The notes under the pieces: generated by a model
Told to the model about the DNA's origin: nothing
What the model saw: the letters and a program-made list of their open reading frames with translations, nothing else
Database searches by the model: none
NCBI RefSeq assembly: GCF_006345805.1
Contig: NC_043000.1
Coordinates: 132,866,001-132,930,000, forward strand
Origin: Octopus sinensis
Lineage: Eukaryota
Reading direction: 5' to 3'
Length of the DNA stretch: 64,000 bases
Program-made: the position numbers and the translations under genes
Shown here: positions 39,231 to 52,268 of the stretch, piece after piece
Numbering within the stretch: the stretch's first letter is position 1
How the letters are laid out: each line of letters opens with the position of its first letter

Positions 39231-39693
39231 TATTATATATATTGTAGGTTCATAAATATTCTACAATTCCTGGACAGAACAGCAACTACTGTAAGTTTTC
39301 AATCCAAACAAGAATCTGGACCCTCATCAGGATGTGAGGTCTATCCATGACGAATACATTCAAACAACTGTTATGAAACCTTATCTCCCTAGTCAAATTT
39401 TGTAGTTATCGATTTATTGATAGAATTTATCTCCCTTATTACTTTATGTTTGGATGTAGGGCCCAATATTCTGGGGAAGAAGACCTGTATGTAGTGTTTA
39501 GTCTTGGGCTTGAGTACTGTACACAAGGGTGATAAGAAGAGGAGAGGTGAGTGAATGTGAATGCCCGAGGAGAGGAGGCATAACTCCAGCTAGCTCCAAG
39601 GGGTAGCAGTAATTATAGTAGCAGTAGTGTAGGTATAACTATGATATTTATGCTTTCTTTTTCTTTTATTTTTTTGGCATGAGTATTAATATA

Positions 39694-39952
39694 ATAAAAA
39701 TAAACACGCCCTTTTAAAGCCAAGCCAGGTACATGGGCCCAGTTTCCAGGTTTCTATGGCGTATGTGTTCCCCAGCTGGATGGGACGCCAGTCCATCACA
39801 GCTTTACTCATTTTTGCCAGCTGAGTGGACTGGAGCAACGTGAAATGAAGTGTTTTGCTCAAGAACACAATGCGTTGTCCAGTCCAGGAATCGAAACCAC
39901 AATCTTACGATCATGATGCTGACACCCTAATCACTAAGCCACGCACCTCCAC
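39694..39952 (-). mobile_element. tRNA-derived SINE family E
   Basis: Reverse copy with a 13-bp TSD gagtattaatata (39681-39693 / 39953-39965). Confidence 0.85.
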
Positions 39953-40717
39953 GAGTATTAATATAAGAGAAGTCAAATAGCAACAACGAGGAATACAAAT
40001 TGAGTCATAGATGCAGCTTGCCATCATACAGCACTTTCCTCAGTTAAAACTGAAAAACTATGGTAATAAAGTAGTACCAACAGGAATGCTTTGAAATACC
40101 CCCATGTTTCATGTTAGAATCTTTCACTATGCCACCTGGTTATTCTTACTTTATTTTGGTTGTTCCTCTAAACACTTTTCACACCTGTACTGACAAACTG
40201 AACCTCATCTGTGATATATCAACAATATTAGTGCTACTAATACTGGTTTAATATATAAAACACACATATGCAACCTCTACCACAATTCTTTATATTCACC
40301 ACTCTCTTATACAAAATACATATATACATACACGTGTGTGTGTGTGTGTATGAGTGTGTGCACATGTATAACACTAGTGACCTTGCTATCTTAAATATAG
40401 CATATTTAGTAGTGGCATTGTATTTTACATAAGCTCATTAATTAGTCTTGTCCATCTTTACACTCTGAGTTCAAATACCACCAAGGTCAACTTTGCCTTT
40501 CATCCTTTCAGGGACAATGAAATAAGTACCAGTTGGATACTGCGGTTGATGTAATCAACTAAACCCCTCCTACAATATTTCAGGCCTTGTGCCTCTACTG
40601 CAAAAGCTATATGTTGATTAATTAGCTCAAGAATTTTTATTATATATAACCAAATGTGGATCATTGGCAATTTTTTTCCTCTGTCTTCCTTTTCTTTTGG
40701 ACTTTCCTCTGTCTCCT

Positions 40718-40752
40718 GTTTCTGATGAAGAGCTTTGCTTGAAACATAAAAC
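40718..40752 (+). ncRNA. Minimal hammerhead motif (decayed)
   Basis: GTTT-CTGATGA-A-GAGC(ttt)GCTT-GAAA-CATA-AAAC. A CpG-type G>A change disrupts stem III. Confidence 0.45.
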
Positions 40753-40803
40753 TACTTTTCTTTCGTTCCCTGAGCATCTGTATATATATATGTATATATA
40801 TAT

Positions 40804-40870
<67 letters not shown>

Positions 40871-41199
40871 GTATTAGTTTTTTTATTGAAACTAAAACTG
40901 GGAGTTTGTCTTGTGATTCAAGTTTCATGCCATTGCAATCCTCAGGAGAGAACTGTTACAACTTAACAACTTGGCATTGGTGGTGTATTATATCTTCTAA
41001 TATAACCCTGGGCAAGTGCTATGCAGTGGGACTGAACCCGGAGCTATGAGGTTGGGAACCACACACCCACACCTATACATTCAGATGATGTGTCTCACAA
41101 GCAGTGAGAGAAGAAGGACATAGACAAAGAGAGAGGTAAAGCAATAAAACGAACACACACACACACATATGCATGCATTTTTCTTTTCTTTTTCTTTTA

Positions 41200-41371
41200 T
41201 TTGCTTCAGTCATTTGACTGTGGCCATGCTGGAGCACCACCTTTAGTCGAGCTAATCAACCCCAGGACTTATTCTTTGTAAGCCTAGTACTTATTCTATT
41301 GGCCTCTTTTGCCGAACTGCTAAGTTACAGGAATGTAAACACACCAGCATCAAGCAATGTTGGGGGGACAA

Positions 41372-41428
<57 letters not shown>

Positions 41429-41598
41429 CACATATACGACGGGCTTCTTTCAGTTTCTGTCTACCAAATCCACTCAGAAGACTTTGGTCAGCCCGATGTT
41501 ATAGTAGAAGACACTTGCCCAAGGTGCCATGCAGTGGGATTGAACCCAGGACCATGTGGTTCGTAAGCAAGCTACTTACCACACAGCCACTCCTACGC
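41200..41598 (-). mobile_element. SINE family B
   Basis: Reverse complement of the 15837 copy. Confidence 0.8.
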
Positions 41599-41659
41599 AT
41601 ACATATATACATAAACACACATATACATATAAATATTTCTAAATACACACACACATACA

Positions 41660-41664
41660 CACGC

Positions 41665-41727
<63 letters not shown>

Positions 41728-41732
41728 CAGAC

Positions 41733-41769
<37 letters not shown>

Positions 41770-41780
41770 TAGACAGACAG
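41660..41780. repeat. (GATA)n microsatellite
   Basis: Directly visible. Confidence 0.95.
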
Positions 41781-43014
41781 AGAAACATAGAAATGTATGC
41801 AAATGTATATGGTAATTGCTACAGATTAAAGATAACTTTACAGAAACTAAGCATTAATACTTGTCTATAATTATTTCACCTTCCTTACATTGCTAATGAC
41901 GCCTTTGGGAAAAATGAACGATACACCTTTTATGTATACTTCCCCTAATAACTTCTTAGGTTTCATGCCTACCTAAAGAAAGCATCAGTAAATCATACCT
42001 GTCTATGTTTGTGAAATGCTATTATAGATCCATTGCAAGCTTTTAAGAGAAGATTTGAACAAATCGACTCTCATGGTCATAATTTTCTTGTCATATTACC
42101 AATTTGGAATATTACACACATGATAATTGAGATTATAATATCTCTAAACAAAAATAAATTATATCGTGATACACTTCTGAAATACTCATAAAGAACATTC
42201 CTAATGATGAAAATAAAAAAAATATGAATAAGAAAGATGTTTTCAGTTTGTGCATGTATTTTTGTGCATTTTGATTTTTAGAGAACCACCCCATTTATAA
42301 CAGGAAAAATCTAGTAATAAAAAGATAAAGTGATTATATGAGAGACAGAGAAGAAAGATGTGGTGAGGGAGAGATTAGAGAGACAAAGAGAGATAATATA
42401 AGTATGTTAAATCTTGAAAGCCATTTACAACCCCATATTATATATCTATGTAGCATAAGGTGAATGAATAAAAAAAAATTACAAGCCATCAAGCTAGCAA
42501 GTTTTGGGAAAGAAGGGACAGGAACATGAAATTGTGATAAATGTTACAGATAATATGAAAGACTTATTAGTGCTGTTATTTGACAGAAACAGTTGTGTAC
42601 TTTCAAGTATTGAATCTCATTCCTCTATATTGTGAGTTCAAATCCTGCACAACCAACTTTCTTTTTCTTTTCCCTCAAAAATCAATAAAATGGGAGAAGA
42701 AATAACAACAACAACTTTTTCTACTAATGGGCACAAGGCCTGGAATTTTAGGGTAGTAGGTAATCAATTATAGGGACCCCAGGTCTCAATTGGTACTTAA
42801 TTTATTACCCTGCAACGATGAAAGCAAGTTGACCTTAGCATAACAAGCTAGAAGCATTTGCTTGCCTTACTCACGATTCTGCCAGCTCACCATCTTACAA
42901 CAAAAATAGGTATTTCCCAAGAGAGGAATCAAACATGACCTCAGCAGTGAGAACAAGGAATCCTAATGTCCAGACCTCTTGGGGAGCTAATAATAACATC
43001 ATGATCATCATGAT

Positions 43015-43340
43015 CATCATCATCATCGTTTAACGTCCGCTTTCCATGCTAGCATGGGTTGGACGATTTGACTGAGGACTGGTGAACCAGATGGCTGCAC
43101 CAGGCTCCAATCTTGATCTGGCAGAGTTTCTACATCTGGATGCCCTTCCTAATGCCAACCACTCCGAGAGTGTAGTGGGTGCTTTTACGTGCCACCGGCA
43201 CAAGGGCCAGTCAGGCGGTACTGGCAACGGCCACACTCAAATGGTGTTTTTTTATGTGTCACCAGCACAGGAGCCAGTCCAGCGGTACTGGCAACAACCT
43301 TGCTTGAACGTTTTTTCACGTGCCAATAAGGCGATGCTCG
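43015..43340 (-). mobile_element. RTE-tail repeat (family D); representative of about 20 copies in the window
   Basis: GGCACGTAAAAGCACCCACTACACTCTCGGAGTGGTTGGC..CCAACCCATGCTAGCATGGAAAGCGGACGTTAAACGATGATG. Others at about 7190, 9110, 9545, 18420, 20930, 21700, 22200, 26800, 27890, 28560, 29960, 30745, 35960, 44980, 52330, 58660 and 60370. Confidence 0.85.
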
Positions 43341-44931
43341 AATGGTGCTTTTTACTTTCCACCGGCCAATAATGATAATCTTTTCTACTACAAGCACATG
43401 ACCTGAAATTTGGGGGAAGGGCTCAGTAAATTACATCGACCAGTGATTGACTGATGCTTATTTTCTCAATTATGAAAGAATGAAAGGCAGTCATACTACC
43501 ACTAATACTAAGGTGGCAAGCTGGCCTTATGCCAAAATTAGAACGAATTATTATAATTACCAGCAGTCCCCGTGCCGTAAAAATGACACCTAATTGTAGT
43601 ATTTTATATGTAAATATGCATGGTAAATCAAATTAATACACTTGTCAATGTTACCTAGTGGTTATCTTTTGAGATGTGACATCCATCATTGTTTGTTACT
43701 GAAAGAACGCTGATACACACATACAAACATTCACATACATTCCCTTGTACACGCATATACATACACACATATACTCACACAGAGTTGAAACGCTGTTTGA
43801 TTTTCTTTTCAGCGTTGAATGTTCACCATCCCACCTTCATTGCACACACACACACACATTCACATACCTCCCTTTTACATACTCACACAGAGTTAAAACC
43901 GTGACTGATTTTTTTTTCACCCGTTCTGTCCTTATTCATCTATCACCCCTTCCTTTCTCATCCATAATGTTGTGACGAAGAAAAACACAAGTGTATTATT
44001 ATAGCAGAAGATTAAGATGCCGAGTTGGAAGAATCATTAGCACATCAAACAAATCACTTAGCAGTATTTCTTCTGGCTCTTTACATTCTGAGTTCAAATA
44101 CCCATGAGGTCAACTTTGTCTTTCTTCCTTCTGGGCTTAATAAAGCACCAGTAAAATATTACAAAAGAAATAAAGCTTAGAATAAAGCACCAGTCAAATA
44201 TTGGAGTAAATACCATCAATTGTCCCCACTCCCTCTAAAAAGTTGCTTGTACAAAAAGTACTACTACTAATTATTATTGTAAGCCTTATTTCTTTTGTAG
44301 CAAGTACTGGAGAACAGCAGTTCTCAGCTCATTGTTACTAAAACCCATCCTTGTAAATCAATAATCTTCTGCAACCCCTTTTATTAATATTTAAAAATAA
44401 AAAAAAAGAAACAATTTTGTATAAATCTAATAAAATTAACATCTTGTACTTTTCTTAGGGAACACTTCCTGTTTTTTTTGCAGTAAATGTTGTTGTGTAG
44501 TCCTTATGTTTTTACTTCATTGTGTAACATATTCAATAACATTTTAAATTTCATCAAACAATTCAAAAGTTGAATAATCTGTCTTCACAATTCATTAAAA
44601 ATTTGGTCGGCCTGAGGCTATAGTAGAAGACACTTGCCCAAGGTGCCACACACAAGGTGCCAAGTAAAATGCTTAGCAACATTTCATCAATTTTTATGTT
44701 CTGAGTACAAATTCTGCCAAAGTTGACTTTGCCTTTCATTCCTTCAGATAAATACCAGTTGATTACTGATGGAAGATGCAACTGACTTACCCCTATCCAG
44801 AAATTGCTGGCCCTGTGTCAAAATTTGAAACCAATATCTGGTTGAGATTTATTTACATTGATATTATCCTAAGGCAAGACATGAACAGTTGGCTTAGCAT
44901 TTCTTAAGTCTAAATAAAGGGGCTTTGTATC

Positions 44932-44984
<53 letters not shown>

Positions 44985-45224
44985 CGATGCCAGACTCCCC
45001 TGGCACCTGTGCCGGTGGCATGTAAAAAGCACCCATTACACTCGTGGAGTGGTTGGTGTTAGGAAGGGCATCCAGCTGTAGAAACACTGCCAGATCAGAC
45101 TGGAGCCTGGTGCGGCCCCTGGCTTCCCAGACCCCGGTCGAACGGTCCAACCCGTGCTAGCGCAGAAAACGGATGTTAAACGATGATGATGATGATGATG
45201 ATGATGATATATATATATATTTGT

Positions 45225-45627
45225 AGGCATAGGAATGGCTGTGTAGTAAGTAGCTTGCTTACCAACCACATGGTTCCGGGTTCAGTCCCACTGCATGGCA
45301 CCTTGGGCAAGTGTCTTCTACTATAGCCTTGGGCTGACCAAAGCCTTGTGAGTGGATTTGGTAGACGGAAGCTGAAAGAAGCCTGTCGTATATCTGTATA
45401 TATATGTGTATGTGTGTGTATATGTTTGCATGTCTGTGTTTGTCCTCCAACATCGCTTGACAACCGGTGTTGGTGTGTTTGCGTCCCTGTAACTTAGCGG
45501 TTTGGCAAAAGAGACCGAGAGAATAAGGACTAGGCTTACAAAGAATAAGTCCTGGGGTCGATTTGATCGACTAAAAGCGGTGCTCCAGCATGGCCACAGT
45601 CAAATCACTGAAACAAGTAAAAGAGTA
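45225..45627 (+). mobile_element. SINE family B
   Basis: Full-length match to the 15837 copy. Confidence 0.8.
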
Positions 45628-45891
45628 TACCCAGGCCTATTCCCCATTTTCTTTTAGGAGTGGGTAGCCACAAGACACACACCAGGCATTCCATTCATTT
45701 CCCAGACCTTTGTATCACGCCAGAGAAAACTATTATTAGCATTGACATGTCAACCAAAGCTGGATCTTATTCTAAGCCTTATTTCTTTTGTAATATTTTA
45801 CTGGTGCTTTATTAAGAATAATCACATCACAGCCAATCATCTGACTGAATAAAGGAAACTATATTTCCATTTTGTTCTTATATTTCTTCAG

Positions 45892-46009
45892 CAAGATTCT
45901 TGATGTGAATCTGTACGTTGAAACCAATTTTGTGCATCTCAAGAGAGTCATTACTCCAATAAGTTTGAACTCAGTGACGGCAGACAGACCTGAAGCAGAC
46001 CTTCGGTAG
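45892..46009 (+). CDS. Possible exon, KILDVNLYVETNFVHLKRVITPISLNSVTADRPEADLR*
   Basis: Acceptor ttttgttcttatatttcttCAG| in unique sequence, with a 38-codon open frame. It ends at stop 46007-46009 (AATAAA 46043) or at a weak donor CG|GTAGAG. Confidence 0.25.
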
Positions 46010-46865
46010 AGTGGGCATGTCACTGATGAGGTCATGAATGGCAATAAAAAATTCTTTGAGAAGCCTAGCTGATTAACCCAATGATTAATCAAACAATCAA
46101 TTAATTAATTGGTTAAGTGCTAAATTGGCTAAGACAAAAAGGGAAATAGAACTAATCAGTGCATTTATTATTGGCATAATGATTCTCCAGAGATATAACG
46201 AAAAATATTTCCATTTTTATTTATTTATTGCCAGTTACTTGCTGTATTATATATTGGTTGCAATTCCTACCAGAAGAGTTACCATTTTGGCACCCTAGTG
46301 AAAAGAAGTGGAATTTGAGATCAGAAGGCACAGATCCATAACTGCCACTCCATTGGTTACGACAAGGGTTCCAATTGGTTGAATCAACGGAACAGCCTGC
46401 TTGTGAAATTAAAGTGAAAGTAGTTGAGTGTTCCACAGACACATGTACCCTTAACGTAGTTCTCAGAGAGATTCAGTGTGACACAGAATGTGACAGGGCT
46501 GGCTATTTGAAAATATAGGTACAATTCAATTTTGCCAGCTGAATGAACTGGGCAACATAAAAATAAAGTATCTTGCTCAAGGACACAATACGCTGCCAGG
46601 AATGAACTCACGATCTTACAATCAGGAGCCAAACACCCTAACCATTAAGCCACATACCTTCATAACAGATACTGCAAAGCACCCAATCTGATGTGCTAAC
46701 AAGTCTGCCAATCCACAGCAGTGAATTGGTACATGACTTATCGATCCTGAAAGGGTAAAAGGCGAAGTTAACCTCAGCAGAGTTGAACTTAGGGCAGAGT
46801 CAATCAGAGCAAATAATGCAAAGTATTCTATATGATGCACTAATAATTTGGCTAATTTCCTGCCT

Positions 46866-47367
46866 AAATAATAATAATAATGAAATTATTGTATATAGTG
46901 CTTAGGTGCACCACAACTTGTCAAAAGTGCGTATAAAGCATATGCAGTAATGTACAAATGTCTGGGAAGTGAACAGTGCATGAGTCAGATACATACTTGC
47001 ATGTGTATGGAGGGGAGAAAATCAGGTGTCGTGTTGGCGAATCTCAGGAAGCATGGAAGTTTTGAAGGATGCAATACTCCAACAACTAACAACTGATGCC
47101 AGCAGTTTATTCCATACTTCAGCAACTCTTAGCATGAAAAAATGTTTCCGAAAGTCATGGGGGCTGGTGCTGTTTCCTAACTTTGTAAACATGTCCACGG
47201 GCGTTAGATGGGTGGAGTTTGAAAAGGTGCTCAGAGTTATTGTTTGTAAGATGGTTAAAATTTTATGGGTGTCTGCCAAGACAGCTGCCAGACGTCGGAG
47301 TTTCAATGTGTCCATGCCCAGGGAAGTAAGGCGTTCAGAATATGGCAAATGCCTGATGGAGGGTACA
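46866..47367 (-). mobile_element. 3' fragment of a CR1/L2-type LINE
   Basis: LPYSERLTSLGMDTLKLRRLAA..DFRKHFFMLRVAEVWNKL..SFKTSML is a typical ORF2 C terminus. Followed by a 3' UTR and (TAA)n tail. Confidence 0.8.
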
Positions 47368-49891
47368 TGACTTATCGATCTATTAATGGTGAGGTTGTGC
47401 TGTAGGAAGTTTGTTTCCCAGCCACATGGATTCAGGTGCAGTCCTATTGCTTAGTACATTAGGCAAGTGTCTTCTATTATAGCCCCAGACTAACCAAAGC
47501 CTTGTTAGTGGATTTACTGTATATGTGTGTGTGTGTGTCTGTGTTACTATCTCCTTGTCATGACATCACAGCTTAGTTGAAAACGAGTGTCATCATCATG
47601 CAGTCAGTGTCCTTTGTTTCCAATCTTCCATAAAAACATGTCTGGTCTTGGAGAAATATTACCTTACTTGAAAACAAGTGATGGTAGGCAACAGGAAGAG
47701 CATCTGGTTGTAGAAAATCTGCATCAATAAATTCAGTCTGATCCAAACCAACATAGAAAAGTGAATGTTAAAACAGTGATGATGATGAAGAATGGTAATC
47801 AACATCTATTAATTCACACAACAGTATCCTTTAATTAAAGTAAAATCAGAGCTAACATAATTAATATAATAACCTCATTATACCAGTAATCAGGAGAAAA
47901 TCATTAGCTCAATAATTAATTCTGGACAAAGAAGACAAGGGAGCTAACCCAAAAATTTAGATTAAATATAAATTAATAAAATATAAAATGAAACTGAAAG
48001 TCAGTCAAATCTAATAATATGGTGACAGTTCAAGGCCTGTTTCAGTTTTATCAGATCTCTTTAGCGAAACATAGTCTTACCAGTATTGCTAGATGGTGAT
48101 ATTAGAAAATCACTATTTCTAAATCTCACAATGTGAGATATTCAGCAACAGTACTTTGTAGTAAAGATTGTTTGCCAACATAACATGGCAGTCCTGGTAT
48201 AGGACTAATGTTGCTGTAATTTAGACCCAGGAGACATCGTCTCCAGCTGGATATATGATATGATCTGTGTCCTTATACTTTCAATTCCCTTCTTCAAAAA
48301 TATAAGGACACAGATTGTGTCATATACATATATATATATATGACAGACTTCTTTCAGTTTCTATCTACCAAACCAACTCACCTCATAAGGTTTTGGTTGG
48401 TCTGTGGCTTAGTAGAAGACATTTGCCAAAGTGGCATGCAGTGGGACTGAACCTAGAACCATGTGGTTGGCAAGCAAATTTCTTACCACATAGCCATGCC
48501 TGTGATTATAGCTACACCTCATATGGTAAAAATAGAACTTGCAAGTGTGCAATGTCAGATTTGTCAACCGAAAAATGAAGGTATTTCAGCTAGAAATTTC
48601 ATTTAGGTCTTTGAGTATTGACTAAAGTACAAGAGAAGAGATATTGATACCATATTTGGTTATCAGCACAAATGATATAAGCCAGTACCATTGAAGAATA
48701 TAACCTTTTGGAGTTGAAACTGAAACTCAAGTCATGATAAAGTAAATTCTTAAAAATGTCAATGCAAGAGATAATTTGATAATGTCTAAAAAGCAAAAAA
48801 AAAAAAAAAAAAAAAAAAAGTTAAGGAAAACAAAAACAAAAAACATTTCAGGTAGAAGCATTTACAAAAAAATCTTAAAACCAAGTTCCATTGATTGATC
48901 ATTCAGCTTAAAAACTATAAAATTTCTCATTTGGATCCTGGAATTATCCATCCATTATATTTCTTTGATAATTACTATTTAGGTTTGTGTAGCATGATCT
49001 TGATATGAAGAAGTGTGTTTTAGTTCACCATGACAGTATTTTATGGTGAGAATAGCATAAGAAAAAAGTTACTTTTAGATCTAAAATATTGACTGTTAGA
49101 AGTTAAATAGATGAATCGATGATAAGAACTACAGAATTCGTAGGTTAATAGTAGATAGTAAAGCAAAGCCAAGACAAATAAAACATGATTGTTGAAAGTT
49201 GATTTTGCAGAGCTGGATAGAATTGACAGAGGAAATCAAGTTAGGGCAAAATGGAGAAAGAGACAATCGTGTAACATATTCTATCCAAAATAGCTTACAT
49301 TGCAGACATAAAAATCATTAATGACACTGATAATGACCGATCAAAAATGATAGGAGCAGAAAATAGTTATTTATTAATGATTAAACACTGAATATGAAGG
49401 AAGACAAGGAGAAGAAAGAATAGTGGGAATTTTATGGCAGGGATTAAAAAGAAAGGTTATGTAGAAAGAAAAAAAAAAATTTAATTTGTTCAGAGACTAG
49501 GGAGTGTTTAGCCATGAGGGAAGAACAAAAAGAAATATGTAATTGTTATGGGAAAGGAGAATGAACAAAAAAATTTAATAGATTAATATATTATGAGAAA
49601 TATAGTAGCTGGGAGACTAAATAAGTGAGATGAAGAAATAATAAGATAATGGAGAGGGATAAAAGGAATTGTGAGATAGGAAAATGTTGGAGAGAGATAA
49701 AAGTATGTTTTAGGTAAATGAGAAAAGTAGACATTTACATTTGATTTGAAAATCATTGGAGATTGAAAATATTCTGATAGAAATATCATTTAATGAAAAA
49801 TGGTTTCCTTTTTTTTTTTTTTTTTCAGTCTTTTCATATTTAATAGCAACCAATATGGCAGTTGATTTAAAAAAAAAAACACAAAAAAACT

Positions 49892-49958
<67 letters not shown>

Positions 49959-50273
49959 ATATAATATATATATATATAAATAAATACAAAAGGAAAGCAT
50001 AAAAATTACTTTATGGTACTAATTTTTATTTTCCATTGTATTTTATGCTTTCCATTACTATATTAGTTATGTGTATTCATCACATTATACAAAAACAGCC
50101 AGACAGAGAGTAAAAATTTCAACCAAAATTCTAAGTAGCATAATTTTGTTTTTCACAGGAGCCGATATTTCAGAAAACTGATGCATTTGTTTCAAGCTTG
50201 GTGATACACATCCAACACAGTTAAGTTTATCATAGAATGGAAATTTTCTTTTCTTTTTTTTTTTGTTTTGCAG

Positions 50274-50376
50274 AATTCATAAATAAGTTAGACTACTGCT
50301 ACTGCTGCTGCTGTTGCTTCTGGTATACTGTTATTGTTGCAACTATTACTGCTGTTACTGTTGTTGCCATGCAACA
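50274..50376 (+). CDS. Candidate internal exon (phase 1 to 2), FINKLDYCYCCCCCFWYTVIVATITAVTVVAMQ
   Basis: Very long poly-T tract + GCAG acceptor and donor ACA|GTAAGA. Only one of three frames is open across the exon. Partly low-complexity (CTG/GTT-like), which lowers confidence. Confidence 0.4.
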
Positions 50377-50895
50377 GTAAGACAAGACAAAAGCTAGTAG
50401 AAAACAGAAGCCTTGTCAGTGTACCAAAGAAAATGGTGTTAAACATCATTTTCTTTTTGTTTAATGTCATCCACTGTAGGACAGTACAAGCCCATAGCCA
50501 TTGAACGACATTATAATAATCTATTCTTAAAATCAGTATTCTTTCTTTTGAATTGGTTGTCTATATTAGAATATATTGCTAGAACAGAAGGAAAGAAAAA
50601 AGGCTGGAATATTGCTCATCTAACAAATACCTAAGAATCAACACAAACACACATATGCATACACACTGGAAACACATACACACACACACACACATATATA
50701 TATATAACTTTAAAACAATATTTCAATATTTTGAAACAGAACCTGAAGATGTGTTGGTAGAATTGAAAATCTGATGATTGAATATATATATATATATATA
50801 GTTAATCCAAACAAGAAAGCACAAAAAAACACAACGCGAGGACGTGGAACAAATATAGTATTATTGTACGCTCAAGAAAGAAGGAAAGAAGGAGG

Positions 50896-50930
50896 GTTTA
50901 ACGTTTCGAGTGGAGTTCTTCGTCGGAAAC
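50896..50930 (-). ncRNA. Minimal hammerhead-like motif with CCGACGA core variant
   Basis: GTTT-CCGACGA-A-GAACTCCACTC-GAAA-CGTT-AAAC. Stem II is partly broken. Confidence 0.4.
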
Positions 50931-51011
50931 ATAGGAGAAGGAAAGATCCAGAGAAGGGAAGACAGAGGAAAAAAAATCGCCAACGGTACACACGAGGTCA
51001 CATTTTGAATA

Positions 51012-51066
<55 letters not shown>

Positions 51067-51145
51067 AAATGGAGAAACACATTAGTTGGTTTATCAGCTT
51101 TAGGATATTAGAATGTTGACTTATTTATTTATCAAAACGACAACC

Positions 51146-51188
<43 letters not shown>

Positions 51189-51529
51189 AGAGTAAGCACA
51201 TAAATGTGAAACAAGGTGGAAAAAAGAGTACTCAAATACCAGAGGTAGAGTAAAATGCTTTATTTATTATTATTGCACTTCCTTGATAGGGTGTAAATAT
51301 AGGGTTGAAAACCCCTTCTGGATAAAAAAAGTTGAAGGCTGCCTGTGGGACAAGAATGCACATCCTCTGTATACATGAAAGGTTTTTTACCATTGTACCA
51401 AAGCAATCCTTTGACTTTTTCAATCCAATATTTACAAGCTATTATTTATAGCTTTATGTGCTTCAAGATCCACAATTCCACAAAAGAGTTATCTCATGTT
51501 CTCTCAACATTTATAAATATTTATGTCAG

Positions 51530-51600
<71 letters not shown>

Positions 51601-51864
51601 ATATCGGGTGTTGCACTCACAATTGCTAGATCATGAGTTCAATTCTGAGACCAGGCAATGCATTGTGTTCTTGGGCAAAACACTTCATTTCATGTTGCTC
51701 TGCAATAGTTACAACATCTGACATGTGACACACTTGTGCACCTGTACAGGTAATGTCAATATGATGGAGGGAGTGAGCTAATGTATAGCATATAGACTTG
51801 ATTACTATAACCCTTATGGGTCTATATAAGATTTTGTTGTTAAAGTTTATGAACAATAAATCTC

Positions 51865-52268
51865 TTTTACTTGTTTCAGTCATGTGACTGGCCATGCTGG
51901 AGCACCGCGTTTAGTTGAGCAAATTGCTCCCAGAACTTATTCTTTGTAAGCCTAGTACTTATTCTATTGGTCTCTTTGACCGAACTGCTAAGTTATGGGG
52001 ACGTAAACACACCAGCATTGGTTGTCAAGCGATGTTGGTGGGGAGGCGACAAACACAGAAACACTAACATATACACACACATACATATATATATACATGT
52101 ATATGACAGTCTTCTTTCAGTTTCCGTCTACCAAATACCTTCACAAGGCTTTGGTTGGCTCGAGGCTATAGTAGAAGACACTTGCCCAAGGTGCCACGCA
52201 GTGGGACTGAACCTGGAACCATATGGTTCATAAGGAAGCTACTTACCACACAGCCACTCCTACGCCTA
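51865..52268 (-). mobile_element. SINE family B
   Basis: Reverse complement of the 15837 copy. Confidence 0.8.

Noticed and set aside
39297-39335. CTGATGA..GAAA hammerhead-like motif on minus strand
   Set aside because: Stem II is plausible, but stem I and the NUH site cannot be assembled.
46021-46048. CTGATGA followed by short stem
   Set aside because: No GAAA core follows (AATAAA instead).
48523-48580. MVKIELASVQCQICQPKNE with AAG|GTATTT donor (phase 1)
   Set aside because: Could fit before exon 50274, but it begins in SINE debris and has no good acceptor; too weak to call.
50292-50500. Signal-peptide-like frame GILLLQLLLLLLLPCNS
   Set aside because: No ATG, and the strong acceptor puts stops in this frame; low-complexity origin likely.
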